Source of the DNA: a virus
Reading direction: 5' to 3' (one strand)
Virus record (IMG/VR): IMGVR_UViG_3300031566_005149
Span: 16,158-80,157 of that record
Length of the DNA: 64,000 nucleotides
Below are positions 40,383 through 49,800 of the stretch, piece by piece (position 1 is the stretch's first letter; each line of letters opens with the position of its first letter). A program made the translations under genes and the position numbers. The notes beneath the pieces are model-generated. The model searched no databases. It saw only the letters and a list, made by a program, of their open reading frames with translations, and had not been told where the DNA came from.

Positions 40383-40405
40383 TAGGCAAATGTAAAGGAG
40401 AAAAT

Positions 40406-41053
40406 ATGAAACTATATCAGAAATTCTTGTATACCGCTTTGTTAGTATTCTCTGTGTTATTTTACGCCGACTTTAAAGAAATGGAAACTCAATCATATGA
40501 ATATACAATAGTCGAATTGAATTCGGATATTTCGATATTAAACAACAGTCTCATCGTTCAAAAAAAAGAGAACAAAAAACTGCTTGAAAGGATTGAAGAA
40601 GTTAGTTTAGAGGATGAAGTTGAAACAGAAAACATGATCTATGATTATATCACGGCAAATTATCGTAGAACACCACCAACTGTTGCCAGAGAGATTGCTG
40701 TTCGTATCATTGAGATATCCAAAGAGAAAAATGTAGCCGCGCCCCTGATCCTAGGAATCACCGAGGTTGAATCTAACTTCAATCCCTTTGCTGTAAGTAA
40801 AGCTGGAGCAAGGGGATTAATGCAAGTCATGCCAGAATGGATTGACAAACTCCCGACGATCCTGATAGATAAACATGATTTGCATGATATCACCACGGGA
40901 CTAAAGGCTGGAACTGACGTATTTAACATTCACCTGAAAGAACAGAAGGGGGATGTAAATAAGGCATTATACTATTATGTTAATAAGGATCATTCCTACG
41001 TTCTCAAGGTTTACACGGCAATGGGAAAATTCTTATCATTCAGAAGTAAATAG
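40406..41053 (+). CDS. SLT-family lytic transglycosylase with N-terminal anchor and coiled coil
   Basis: VESNFNPFAVSKAGARGLMQVMP. Confidence 0.93.
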   Translation: MKLYQKFLYTALLVFSVLFYADFKEMETQSYEYTIVELNSDISILNNSLIVQKKENKKLLERIEEVSLEDEVETENMIYDYITANYRRTPPTVAREIAVRIIEISKEKNVAAPLILGITEVESNFNPFAVSKAGARGLMQVMPEWIDKLPTILIDKHDLHDITTGLKAGTDVFNIHLKEQKGDVNKALYYYVNKDHSYVLKVYTAMGKFLSFRSK

Positions 41054-41059
41054 AGATTA

Positions 41060-41108
41060 AAAGTTTTCCTTCAAACTGGCTTAACTCGCTAATTTGAAGG
41101 AAAACTTT
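41060..41108 (+). other. Long AU-rich hairpin
   Basis: AAAGTTTTCCTTCAAA / TTTGAAGGAAAACTTT 16 bp stem ending at the next SD. Confidence 0.7.
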
Positions 41109-41118
41109 GGAGGAAACG

Positions 41119-41256
41119 ATGGGAAAACCGAAACAAAAAATAATTTATAATAAGAAAATATCAGAACAAAAGAGAGCACTTCGAATTCCCACGCCAAAGA
41201 CGGGGGAGGATTTTAAAGATAAAAAAGCATACACTAGAAAGGAGAAGCACAAATAA
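41119..41256 (+). CDS. 45 aa basic ArfA-like peptide (MGKPKQKIIYNKKISEQKRALRIPTPKTGEDFKDKKAYTRKEKHK)
   Basis: SD GGAGG; C-terminal KKxYxRKxKH resembles the ArfA KGSYxRKxKH motif; not in ORF track. Confidence 0.6.
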   Translation: MGKPKQKIIYNKKISEQKRALRIPTPKTGEDFKDKKAYTRKEKHK

Positions 41257-41260
41257 GATT

Positions 41261-41812
41261 ATGGAACTTGAAAAAGCAAAAGCATTGTTATCATTATACC
41301 CAGATATATTCTCTTATTTTATAAAAAAATATAAACACCCAGAATATCAATTCTCTGTTAGTAATGGTTGGTATCAATTGATATTCGATATATGTTATCA
41401 TATAAAAGAAGTTCAATATAAATATTATAAAAATGAAATCGAAGTCACATGTCTCCAGATAAAAGAAAAGTTTGGAGGACTTTCTTTTTATTATACAATG
41501 TATGTGAGATCGGAAAGACTTGGAGATAAAATTTCTAAAAAAATAAGTGGCTGGTTTCTGAAATTTATGTGCAAACATGGTTTCTCCACATTGTATTGGA
41601 AATCTCATAACTGGAGGTGTGATAATCTTTATCAAACGATACCTGAAAAGATTGAACTAATAATAAAGAAACGCGTTGGGCAGTCGTATAAAATTTGTGA
41701 GTTATGTGGAAGTGAAGGAGAAATATGTAACCCGAGTGGCCGCTGGACACTAACTTTATGTAAAAAACACTTTAACGAAGAAAAGGAGAGAAAAGAATGG
41801 AAAGCAACTTAA
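41261..41812 (+). CDS. Conserved phage protein with QIKEKFGGL motif and C-terminal zinc ribbon
   Basis: GW..LI, QIKEKFGGL.FY, ICELCG...W..TLC. Confidence 0.8.
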   Translation: MELEKAKALLSLYPDIFSYFIKKYKHPEYQFSVSNGWYQLIFDICYHIKEVQYKYYKNEIEVTCLQIKEKFGGLSFYYTMYVRSERLGDKISKKISGWFLKFMCKHGFSTLYWKSHNWRCDNLYQTIPEKIELIIKKRVGQSYKICELCGSEGEICNPSGRWTLTLCKKHFNEEKERKEWKAT

Positions 41813-42105
41813 AAGTAATCTACATGATTAGCGGAATGTTCATTATAGGGGAAATTGCCCGAATCCCCAATCACCCAACTGGTGGAATGTCAATTAAAAG
41901 AGCCCTGGCACTTATGCCTACAAAAGATGGAATGCAGCTCATGGAAGCATTTCCATTTACTGATCTTGATGAGGAAATCACATTGGAGCATGGATCATAC
42001 ACCGCAATCACTAAAATCGATGACCACGGTGATCAGATACTAAAAAAATATGAAAACGGAATCAGACAAGTTCGAGAACAAAAGAGCGGGCTAATACTGC
42101 CATAA
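41797..42105 (+). CDS. Small phage protein, possibly Sm-like fold
   Basis: SG.FIIGE N-terminus and SGLILP C-terminus. Confidence 0.55.
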   Translation: MESNLKVIYMISGMFIIGEIARIPNHPTGGMSIKRALALMPTKDGMQLMEAFPFTDLDEEITLEHGSYTAITKIDDHGDQILKKYENGIRQVREQKSGLILP

Positions 42106-42112
42106 TGAAATA

Positions 42113-42196
42113 GCCACCGTCCCTCAGCGGTTGAGAGGACCGGATTTGTAATCCGGTGGATAATATCCCACGTAGGTTCGAATCCTACCGGTGGCT
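42113..42196 (+). tRNA. tRNA-Thr(UGU) with long variable arm
   Basis: GCCACCG/CGGTGGC acceptor; CCTC/GAGG D arm; CCGGA-TTTGTAA-TCCGG anticodon arm; 15 nt variable region; GTAGG-TTCGAAT-CCTAC; no encoded CCA. Confidence 0.88.
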
Positions 42197-42234
42197 CTAT
42201 CCTTAATTAAATCAATAAGTTAGGAGAAACAACA

Positions 42235-42783
42235 ATGACGTTCTGGTTTACCTCAGATCAACACTACGGTCATACAAAAATAATTCAATATTGTGATCGA
42301 CCATTTTCGTCTGCCGAAGAAATGGACGAGATGATTATTGAAAAACATAATAAAGTTGTGAAAGATGATGATATAGTTATCAACGCTGGTGATTTTACAT
42401 TAAGAAAAGGTATAAAAAGCGTGTATATAAAATATATTGATAGATTGAATGGGAGACAGATATTCTTAAAAGGTAGCCATGACTATTGGCTAAAAGGAAA
42501 AGACAACGTTCAGATATTGGAAAAAAATCTATCAATTCATGGAAAAAAATATTATGTTGTAGTATGCCACTATAATATGAGGACGTGGGCTAGATCACAT
42601 TATAATAGCTGGCAACTTCATGGTCATTCTCATGGAAAGTTAAAGCCTGTTGGAAAACAACATGATATCGGAGTAGATAACAATAACTTCTATCCTGTAG
42701 CAGATTATGAAATAGAAAGAATAATGCAATCCAGAGAAGATAATTTTAATTTGGTGCTGCGCCCCCCCTTGGTGTGGTGGTAA
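42235..42783 (+). CDS. Calcineurin-like phosphoesterase
   Basis: FTSDQHYGH, GDF, GSHD, CHY, LHGHSH, DIGVD. Confidence 0.92.
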   Translation: MTFWFTSDQHYGHTKIIQYCDRPFSSAEEMDEMIIEKHNKVVKDDDIVINAGDFTLRKGIKSVYIKYIDRLNGRQIFLKGSHDYWLKGKDNVQILEKNLSIHGKKYYVVVCHYNMRTWARSHYNSWQLHGHSHGKLKPVGKQHDIGVDNNNFYPVADYEIERIMQSREDNFNLVLRPPLVWW

Positions 42784-42856
42784 CGAAGCCCAATGATGGG
42801 ACTACGTGCAGCATTCTTGAAGAAATGGGAGTTGTAAAACCCAGAGCGGAGACGAG

Positions 42857-43363
42857 ATGACGAGAAAAAAGAAGCAACCACAACCACAACCAAAACCAAA
42901 AACCATAACCATAGTTGAATATGCGCTTCGACATAAAGAGAGTGGAAAGCTTTTAACATATAATGTTTCATCCAATGGTGATGCTGAATTTTGTGGAGAC
43001 ACAACTGTGGAATTAGATCATTATCAAGATGACCCAATTTGGTATATTGATAAAGCATATAATGCTGAGTACGTTAGACAGTACTCAACAGAATGGTATA
43101 ATTCTGGTATGAGCTGTCCAAAACACTCATACGATTCAAAAGAATTGGAAGTGGTAAAAGTAACCAAAATTATTTCAGCTGAACGAGTGGATATAAGAAT
43201 TCCTACTGTAATGGAATTCTTCGCAATTCAATATGCAAAAGAAGAGCCAGCTTATAATGCTTACTTACAAAACTTATATAAAACTCAAGAGATGAAGTAT
43301 AGCTTTCATGAACTTTCATATCTAATTTCTAAGGGAGAATGGAAACCAGAGGAGGGTGGATAA
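42857..43363 (+). CDS. Hypothetical protein
   Basis: Co-oriented ORF with SD. Confidence 0.7.
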   Translation: MTRKKKQPQPQPKPKTITIVEYALRHKESGKLLTYNVSSNGDAEFCGDTTVELDHYQDDPIWYIDKAYNAEYVRQYSTEWYNSGMSCPKHSYDSKELEVVKVTKIISAERVDIRIPTVMEFFAIQYAKEEPAYNAYLQNLYKTQEMKYSFHELSYLISKGEWKPEEGG

Positions 43364-43824
43364 TGTTACCGACATTAAAAATACCAGAAGGATATAAATA
43401 CTGTAATCAATGTAAAGTCGTATCACCATTTGTAGGTGTTGTTGGGTATAGGTGGGGGGGTTGGTGTCGGCAGCATCATGAAGATACTATGATGTGCGTG
43501 TTGTGCGGAATAGCCCAGGATAAAGAGGATATTTATTTATGTCCGACATGTGGTTGGGAGCATGTTCCAGATCGAGATCTTCTGCCAATGACTGTAATGG
43601 CGCAAGTTCATGATGAGGGATGTCCAGGATATGAAACACCGGAGGAAAATGTGTGGTTCCACCGCAACTGTGACTGTCCAGAAGTTCTTATTTATCCACT
43701 TGGTGATTGTAGGATAATAAATTATAGTGAACGTAAAGAATGGGAGTATACTGTGATATGCCCCATATGCTTTACTCGATTTCAAGTAGATGACACAATT
43801 AGGAGATATGATGGAAATAATTGA
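43363..43824 (+). CDS. Cys-rich multi-zinc-ribbon protein
   Basis: Several CxxC pairs; ATG overlaps the upstream TAA. Confidence 0.7.
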   Translation: MLPTLKIPEGYKYCNQCKVVSPFVGVVGYRWGGWCRQHHEDTMMCVLCGIAQDKEDIYLCPTCGWEHVPDRDLLPMTVMAQVHDEGCPGYETPEENVWFHRNCDCPEVLIYPLGDCRIINYSERKEWEYTVICPICFTRFQVDDTIRRYDGNN

Positions 43825-44009
43825 TCTAGAATTGGAAGAGAATTTTGACAGGTCTAAAGATCCATGTGCTTCATGTCGAGATAAGATAAATAAGACATGT
43901 AAAGAAACATGCGAGAGAGCTTCAATGTGGTGGAAAACTCTTGCGAGGAAATTTAAGGAGAATAGTTTATGAGCAACGTAGTCAAATCCAAGTGGAATGG
44001 AGACGGTGA

Positions 44010-45379
44010 ATGAAACATTGGACAGATAATATCAATAAAAAAGAATGTGATCATAAAGGTTCGATTGATCAACAAAAACGTGGAGTGTCTGTTATAAGTG
44101 ATTTTTCTTATTACGAACTCGGCGCTTCCGTAGACAAAACAATTCACTTATTTTGCCACGATTGCCGAAGTCATTACTGGAAAGACCGTATTTGGCCGAA
44201 ACAAGAATGGGATGAATACATTAACAGCGAGGAGGATCGACACTATGAGGAAAATAATTCTTAAAGTAAGAGATTTGGAATTTGAAGATACTCAGACGAG
44301 CGTTCAAGATGAAATGGAAAACGCCAAGAAAGTTCTTAATACTAAGGGATATTTTTTCGATGGAATCCTGTTATCAGTGAACACAAAAATTGCTTATGTC
44401 TGGAAAGAGATGAAAGCCGCTAAATCTGCAAAACCAGAAAATATACCAGCTTAAAAAAGGAGATCACATGTCGAAATTTACAACTGATCCAAAACATAAA
44501 GGTAGACCCACAGAAAGGATTAAATCAACACTTGATACTATACATGGATTGTGGGCATGCTTCCCTGATCTTAGGTTGGGGCAATTGTTAACGAACGTTC
44601 TCCCGCAAGGCGTTGATATATTTTACGTTGAAGAAGAAGATTTGAAAAGATACATTAATGAATATTACTTTGAACATGTACACTAAATATGCCAGCTTAA
44701 TGGATAAGGAATATGAATAAAGAAAACATTATTAAAAAAATAGAATGCGACTTCGATGCATTAACTGACAAGTATGAGAATAATGTTTATGTGATATCAG
44801 AGAAAGCAATTGATCTGATCGTATCCGAAGCAAGAAAAATACTTGTCAATGACCCCGATTTATACGAATATATTATGGCAATGGGATCATGTTTTTTCAC
44901 AACTATAGAAGGTGGAAAATATGATTGGTTATCGATGTCTGAAGAAGAAGCTGATGAATGGTTTGAGTCACCGGAACATGTCAGCGAATATCACGGAATG
45001 ATTGACGATGATAATTTCCAAAAAGAATTCTTTGATATGGTTGATCACTTCAATGAATTGTTTAATGTTCGTGGGTGTCCTATGCGATTTACAGCCAATA
45101 GCCATATAGTTCACGATTGGGGCGACACTATAAAAGATCCAGTCGTATATGTTGAAAGGAGTTGATATGACACTACCAACCATCAAAGAATTAAAGTGTG
45201 CATTGTATGCATCGCTCCTCAAACTAGATGCTGATGATCTAACTGACAATGAAGTTAAACTTCTGTTTGCTTTAATGAACGACGAACAAGTTATAGAACG
45301 TCAAGAAGAAAGGATAAAACAAAGTGAAAAAATTATCTCATATCCAGGGGGATCACCCAATCTTAAGAAGAATAGATAA
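44010..45379 (+). CDS. Run of small hypothetical ORFs (44010-44264, about 44245-44454, 44468-44686, 44713-45165, about 45167-45379)
   Basis: Tightly packed + strand ORFs; 44468 has the PDLRLGQL motif of a common phage family. Confidence 0.6.
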
Positions 45380-45475
45380 ATATATGTCAGAACAAGAACA
45401 GATAGATGAGTTAATCACCGAAATGAAAAGACTTAATTATGAAAACATCAAAATAGATAAAAAGGAGGTTTAGCG

Positions 45476-46111
45476 ATGAATCCATTATATGATCTTCATA
45501 TAGAAGTTGGGACGGATTCTGGTGGCACGGCATACTATGCAAGAGTATCACTCGGAACAGGGGCATTCGAAATTAAAAGAGTTGAACAAACTACTCATGA
45601 ATGCTTGATAAATCTTATAGATGAAATGGATACATATGCAGTGTTCACATCATTGAATAAAAATCCATTACTCACCAAGTACCCAATACCTCCTTCAGCA
45701 TTGTCTTCACATGATCAAAAACAATATGACCTCCATATTGAGTGTGGGGGTGTGCCTACGTTTTCAAAAACACAACACTTTTACGCCAGAACTCAATTTC
45801 TGGGAACGACAGAATATCACACTGATGCTCCAAGTATTAAACTTGCCATCAAGGCTCTTATGATTGAATTATATTATACAAATATGGTTGAGCCCCTGTG
45901 GAAAACTCCGACCATATCAATTTACCCAATTCCATTTACAGATATAGTAGAAGCATCCATGTCAACCCCAAAAGCTAAAGAGGTCAAACGAAGTCTACCA
46001 AGCGAGAACACTAGAGTATCACACCCAGCTTGTCAGGATATATGTACATCCTTTGATCACTTTAATACTTCACATTGCGCCAGTATATGCAGTTGGAGGA
46101 AAGAGGTATGA
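45476..46111 (+). CDS. Hypothetical protein with internal domain duplication
   Basis: YDLHIE...YARV/T...YPIP occurs twice; SD AAGGAGGT. Confidence 0.75.
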   Translation: MNPLYDLHIEVGTDSGGTAYYARVSLGTGAFEIKRVEQTTHECLINLIDEMDTYAVFTSLNKNPLLTKYPIPPSALSSHDQKQYDLHIECGGVPTFSKTQHFYARTQFLGTTEYHTDAPSIKLAIKALMIELYYTNMVEPLWKTPTISIYPIPFTDIVEASMSTPKAKEVKRSLPSENTRVSHPACQDICTSFDHFNTSHCASICSWRKEV

Positions 46112-46591
46112 CAATATACGATAAAAACTATATGGTTGTTTGTTACATGAGAATTGTCCCTGATAATTTTGAGCTCATGACACGCGACCAAGCACGAGCT
46201 GAAAGAGATCATATGCGATACTTACAACCTGAGCATATGTACCGAGTAGAATCAGTGGATCCAGATGATGAATTATTTCTCGGGGGGGATGAGATAGATG
46301 TGGTGCCATGACCCCGATAGAGCTTTCGACGTTCGTTGTAGGAATCTTGGTTGCGAAGATTGGTGTAAAGATTACTTTAATTGTCCTATTCAAAGAAAGG
46401 ATCAAAAAATGTTTATCTCGATTAAGAAAAATTTGGAACTGATTAAGGAAATGGATAGTAGTGAGGTGGTTATTCAAATATCAAAAGATAGAAAAAGGTT
46501 TCATGTGTTAAAGCATAACGACTTCAAAGATTCTGAATGTGAAGAATATCATATTTCAGAACTCCATCATATACTTTTGGCTGGAAAGTAG
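46108..46591 (+). CDS. Two small hypothetical ORFs (about 46108-46311 and 46298-46591)
   Basis: Overlapping start/stop pairs. Confidence 0.55.
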
Positions 46592-46596
46592 AGTGT

Positions 46597-46628
46597 TGTC
46601 GGGTCGGTGTTCCAACACTGACCCGACA
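46597..46628. terminator. Hairpin between convergent genes
   Basis: TGTCGGGTCGGTGTT-CC-AACACTGACCCGACA. Confidence 0.75.
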
Positions 46629-46632
46629 TGCG

Positions 46633-46845
46633 CTATTTCTTTTTTCTTTTATGAAGACCTATTGGCCTACCAGTCTTGGGTTGAGATTTAATCCAGTCAT
46701 CATATGATTGTTCACGATCTTCTTGTCCAGTCGTATCTCCACTCCTGGCATCAAGTCGTTTTAAACTCGGATCATACTTATCATAATCTCCAGAACCAGA
46801 TTCCATGATTTTATCTATGATTGCATAAATATTTTTTTCATCCAT
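46633..46845 (-). CDS. Isolated - strand small protein (MDEKNIYAIIDKIMES...)
   Basis: SD GAGGT; late-motif variant upstream at 47005-47020. Confidence 0.65.
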   Translation of the reverse strand: MDEKNIYAIIDKIMESGSGDYDKYDPSLKRLDARSGDTTGQEDREQSYDDWIKSQPKTGRPIGLHKRKKK

Positions 46846-46868
46846 AATAGTACCTCGTAGAGTTGACT

Positions 46869-47000
46869 TGTTATACGTTTGACCCACAGCGTGGTGCAGT
46901 GGTCAGAAACACGAGAGATCTCGGCGGTTCAACTCCGTGCTTTAATTAGCGGTCTGTGAAGGTGTCTCGGTTCTGGTTCGATTCCAGGCGGCGTATAACA
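46869..47000 (+). ncRNA. Candidate structured RNA with two tRNA-like T-arms
   Basis: 11 bp terminal stem; GCGG-TTCAACT-CCGT and CTGG-TTCGATT-CCAG; D-loop-like AGTGGTC. Confidence 0.55.
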
Positions 47001-47004
47001 TTTT

Positions 47005-47020
47005 ATTTATAGTTTGTTAT
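47005..47020 (-). promoter_or_regulatory. Putative late promoter variant (ATAACAAACTATAAAT)
   Basis: One mismatch to consensus. Confidence 0.45.
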
Positions 47021-47051
47021 AAAAAATAATTGAATCATTCTACCCACGATT

Positions 47052-47071
47052 CTATATATATTAATAAGTGA
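47052..47071 (+). promoter_or_regulatory. Putative early promoter
   Basis: Exact consensus; following AAGAAACATTAACCC is shared with the 58780 copy. Confidence 0.7.
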
Positions 47072-47103
47072 AAGAAACATTAACCCATACTTTTGGAGTG
47101 AGA

Positions 47104-47244
47104 ATGAAAAATATACTAGTTTTAATAATTAGTTTCATTATTGTGGTAATACCTGGATTATTTACACTGATGCTAATTTGGGCATTGGTTTACCCAAAGC
47201 ATCGAAAACTAATCACGGAAAAATTCAAGGGGGGATATGATTAA
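47104..47244 (+). CDS. 46 aa hydrophobic peptide (MKNILVLIISFIIVVIPGLFTLMLIWALVY...)
   Basis: SD GGAG; first ORF after early motif. Confidence 0.6.
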   Translation: MKNILVLIISFIIVVIPGLFTLMLIWALVYPKHRKLITEKFKGGYD

Positions 47245-47252
47245 AAGGATAG

Positions 47253-48189
47253 TTGGTTGGCAAGGAAAAAATAAGAAAAAGGGTTGCAAATTGGGGACCA
47301 GCATCAATAATAATTTCATTTGTACTGGGTGCAATTCACTGTGTTGTGGATGAAATATTATATAAAAAGGAGACTGATATGAAGACAGATAGACATGCAT
47401 TACATTACTTATTCAACGATCTGATAAAACTCAGCGTCGAATATCCAGGTGATCGTGGATGGGGAATTGGTTGTTCATCACTTCTGGAAACAATGATTTT
47501 AAGGCAGAAGACTTTTATCGATAAAATCTTAGATGATGATTCCGGAGATTTTCATGAGTACAGAATAAACGGAGCCGGTCTTAAGATGCATTGGAGGGTT
47601 GTCTTCGGAAAATTCCAATGCTACATCAGTGGTGATCAAGTTGCTCCTTATGCAGACTTCGTGGTTCACGCCAAGGAGCTAATAAGAAAATATGGGTGTA
47701 ATCATCGTCATATTGCCCCAAATGCAAAGTCGAAGTTACATTAATCAAAAAGATGGGCGGCTGGATATGTTCGATCTGTCGTCGAGTTATAAATATCTAA
47801 AACATGGATGGGGATTGTTTTGATCCCCATCCATAAAAATTTTTTTATAGGAGTGGCCATGTTAACATTAGGATCTGAATTCACATTCAAAGATTACGCT
47901 ATGGTTATAGGAGTTTTTCTGGGTCTTGTGGTTTTTGGTATTTGTATGAGAACTTTCATAGTCATTAATTATCTACACAACAAATTCAAGTATAAAGGAA
48001 AAAATGAAACAAAAAAATAAACAACCAACATTGAAGCTCTATGTTAAACCTGGAGAATCATTCAAATTATGTGAATTCGTTTGGTTGACTGCCAGTGAAA
48101 TTCCAGAATATATTAAAGACGGATACATAAGAGCTAAAAAATTTAAGGAGGGAACTCATGACAAGGTTTATAAACTGGCTGAAAAATGA
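47253..48189 (+). CDS. Small hypothetical ORFs (47253/47379-47744, about 47859-48020, 48004-48189)
   Basis: Co-oriented ORFs with SD sequences; starts uncertain. Confidence 0.55.
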
Positions 48190-48310
48190 TGTGATATATG
48201 TCATAGAAACAACTCATTCGCTTGGAACGACGAGAATAGTAATGGTAAATAAGTATGTTGCCATCAGTACAATTATTGCAACACCCTTTTTGATCTTGAT
48301 CTTCTTTTAG
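48158..48310 (+). CDS. 50 aa membrane peptide ending in TAG, in frame with ORF 48335-48658
   Basis: SD AAGGAGG; MTRFINWLK...PFLILIFF*. Confidence 0.55.
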   Translation: MTRFINWLKNDVIYVIETTHSLGTTRIVMVNKYVAISTIIATPFLILIFF

Positions 48311-48334
48311 AAAGGTTCTATTATATATGAGCAA

Positions 48335-48860
48335 ATGGAGAAAGATAAAAAGAAATTAAAGCGTGAAAGAGAGGTTGATGGGATGATACTAACAGACTTA
48401 GTTGGTTTAAAAATTGTTTCGGTACGTGGTTTCAGAATGGACATGAGACGAAAAAAACATTTCATTCCAGAATATATATTATTCGATGATCACAAAACAT
48501 TTATAGCACTGGAAGAGCAAGATTATCATACATATCATGACTGTGATACTTCAGCAATGCGAATATCAATCCGTCAAGATTCATTGAGATGGAATGCCAT
48601 ACACACAGATGAAAAACAATATCCCGTAGCTGATATTGGAATAGGATGGGGAGGGTGATATGTCAAAATTAATGTGGGAAATAGAATATTCAGAAGACTT
48701 TGGGTCTGAAGGCCCTACTTATATATACATAGAAACAGATGATGATATTAATATTGAGTTGGGGTCGGATGGAAATGTAACTCATATAACATGTATTGAC
48801 GTAGATATTGGAGTCGAACCTGATCTGGTCGTTCGAAGGAGATTAACCAATGAAGAATGA
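48335..48860 (+). CDS. Two hypothetical ORFs (48335/48383-48658 and 48660-48860)
   Basis: Co-oriented ORFs. Confidence 0.6.
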
Positions 48861-49431
48861 AGAAAAAATATGTGATTGTGGAACAATACTAGCATTAAAA
48901 GTTTTAAAATCGGCAGCTGGTTACTATCTTGGATACTGCTGTCCCAGCTGTGGACCCTATGATAGAATATCAGCATATTACGGAAAAGAAGAAGCCGAAT
49001 CCCTGTTGGGTGAAATTAAATCCGATGATAGAGATCCAATAATGAAGTTAATACGTTGTAGGCAGTGTGGGTCGAAAGTGGATTCCAATCTTTACGTAGA
49101 AGGTATATATCATGATGTCTCATGCATGGAATGTGGTCATAGATCAGGAAAATATGGGGATGAAAATAAAGCCATCAATCTATGGAATGGTATTGGCATT
49201 AGATTCTATGCTGTGATGTGGCACGGTTCAATGCCTGGAATGATTCTAGAGATTTGGGACGATGAAGAAACCGCTAATGAAAGATCTAAATTCTTTATGG
49301 ATATGATTCATAATGGACAAAGTGTTCTTGGATATAAACTAGATTTAACTCGAGGATACCGTGAATATACCACCGTTAAACCAATAGAACCCAATATTAA
49401 ATACGTGGTTGAGGTGGTAGAACACATATAA
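48850..49431 (+). CDS. Zinc-ribbon protein with Lar-like (restriction alleviation) segment
   Basis: VLKSAAGYYLG..C..CGPYDRIS; CRQCG...CMECG.......AINLWN. Confidence 0.55.
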   Translation: MKNEEKICDCGTILALKVLKSAAGYYLGYCCPSCGPYDRISAYYGKEEAESLLGEIKSDDRDPIMKLIRCRQCGSKVDSNLYVEGIYHDVSCMECGHRSGKYGDENKAINLWNGIGIRFYAVMWHGSMPGMILEIWDDEETANERSKFFMDMIHNGQSVLGYKLDLTRGYREYTTVKPIEPNIKYVVEVVEHI

Positions 49432-49459
49432 CAGAAGTGAAAGGAGATATTAAAACAAA

Positions 49460-49672
49460 ATGGAATTACATCAAACAGAATTAAAAAAACTTTCTACTCC
49501 CAGATTGTTGGCGCTATATAGATCGAAGAGGAAACGCCGAGATAATCTGTACGCTCAAGTAACCGATTATGGAACCTACCCTGGGCTGAACAGGGTGCAG
49601 ATAAGAGTAGATAAATATTGTGATCGAATCGAATCGGTTTTACAGACGCGAGAGCATGTAAAGAGGAAATAA
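49460..49672 (+). CDS. Hypothetical protein
   Basis: SD AAGGAG; LKKLSTPRLL...L.TREH. Confidence 0.7.
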   Translation: MELHQTELKKLSTPRLLALYRSKRKRRDNLYAQVTDYGTYPGLNRVQIRVDKYCDRIESVLQTREHVKRK

Positions 49673-49800
49673 AATGAAACATACTGAAAAATGCTTAAAA
49701 GGAGGTAAGTGTAATTGTGCTGTGGATATGGGGACCTCCACTGTTATATTAGGAACCCCAGTTTAAAAAGATGGAAATAAAAAATTAAAGGAGAAGTAAA

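Noticed and set aside
42113-42196. tRNA-Tyr(GUA) suggested by the long variable arm and GTA triplet
   Set aside because: The CCGGA/TCCGG stem centres the 7 nt loop on TGT, and the acceptor end fits Thr.
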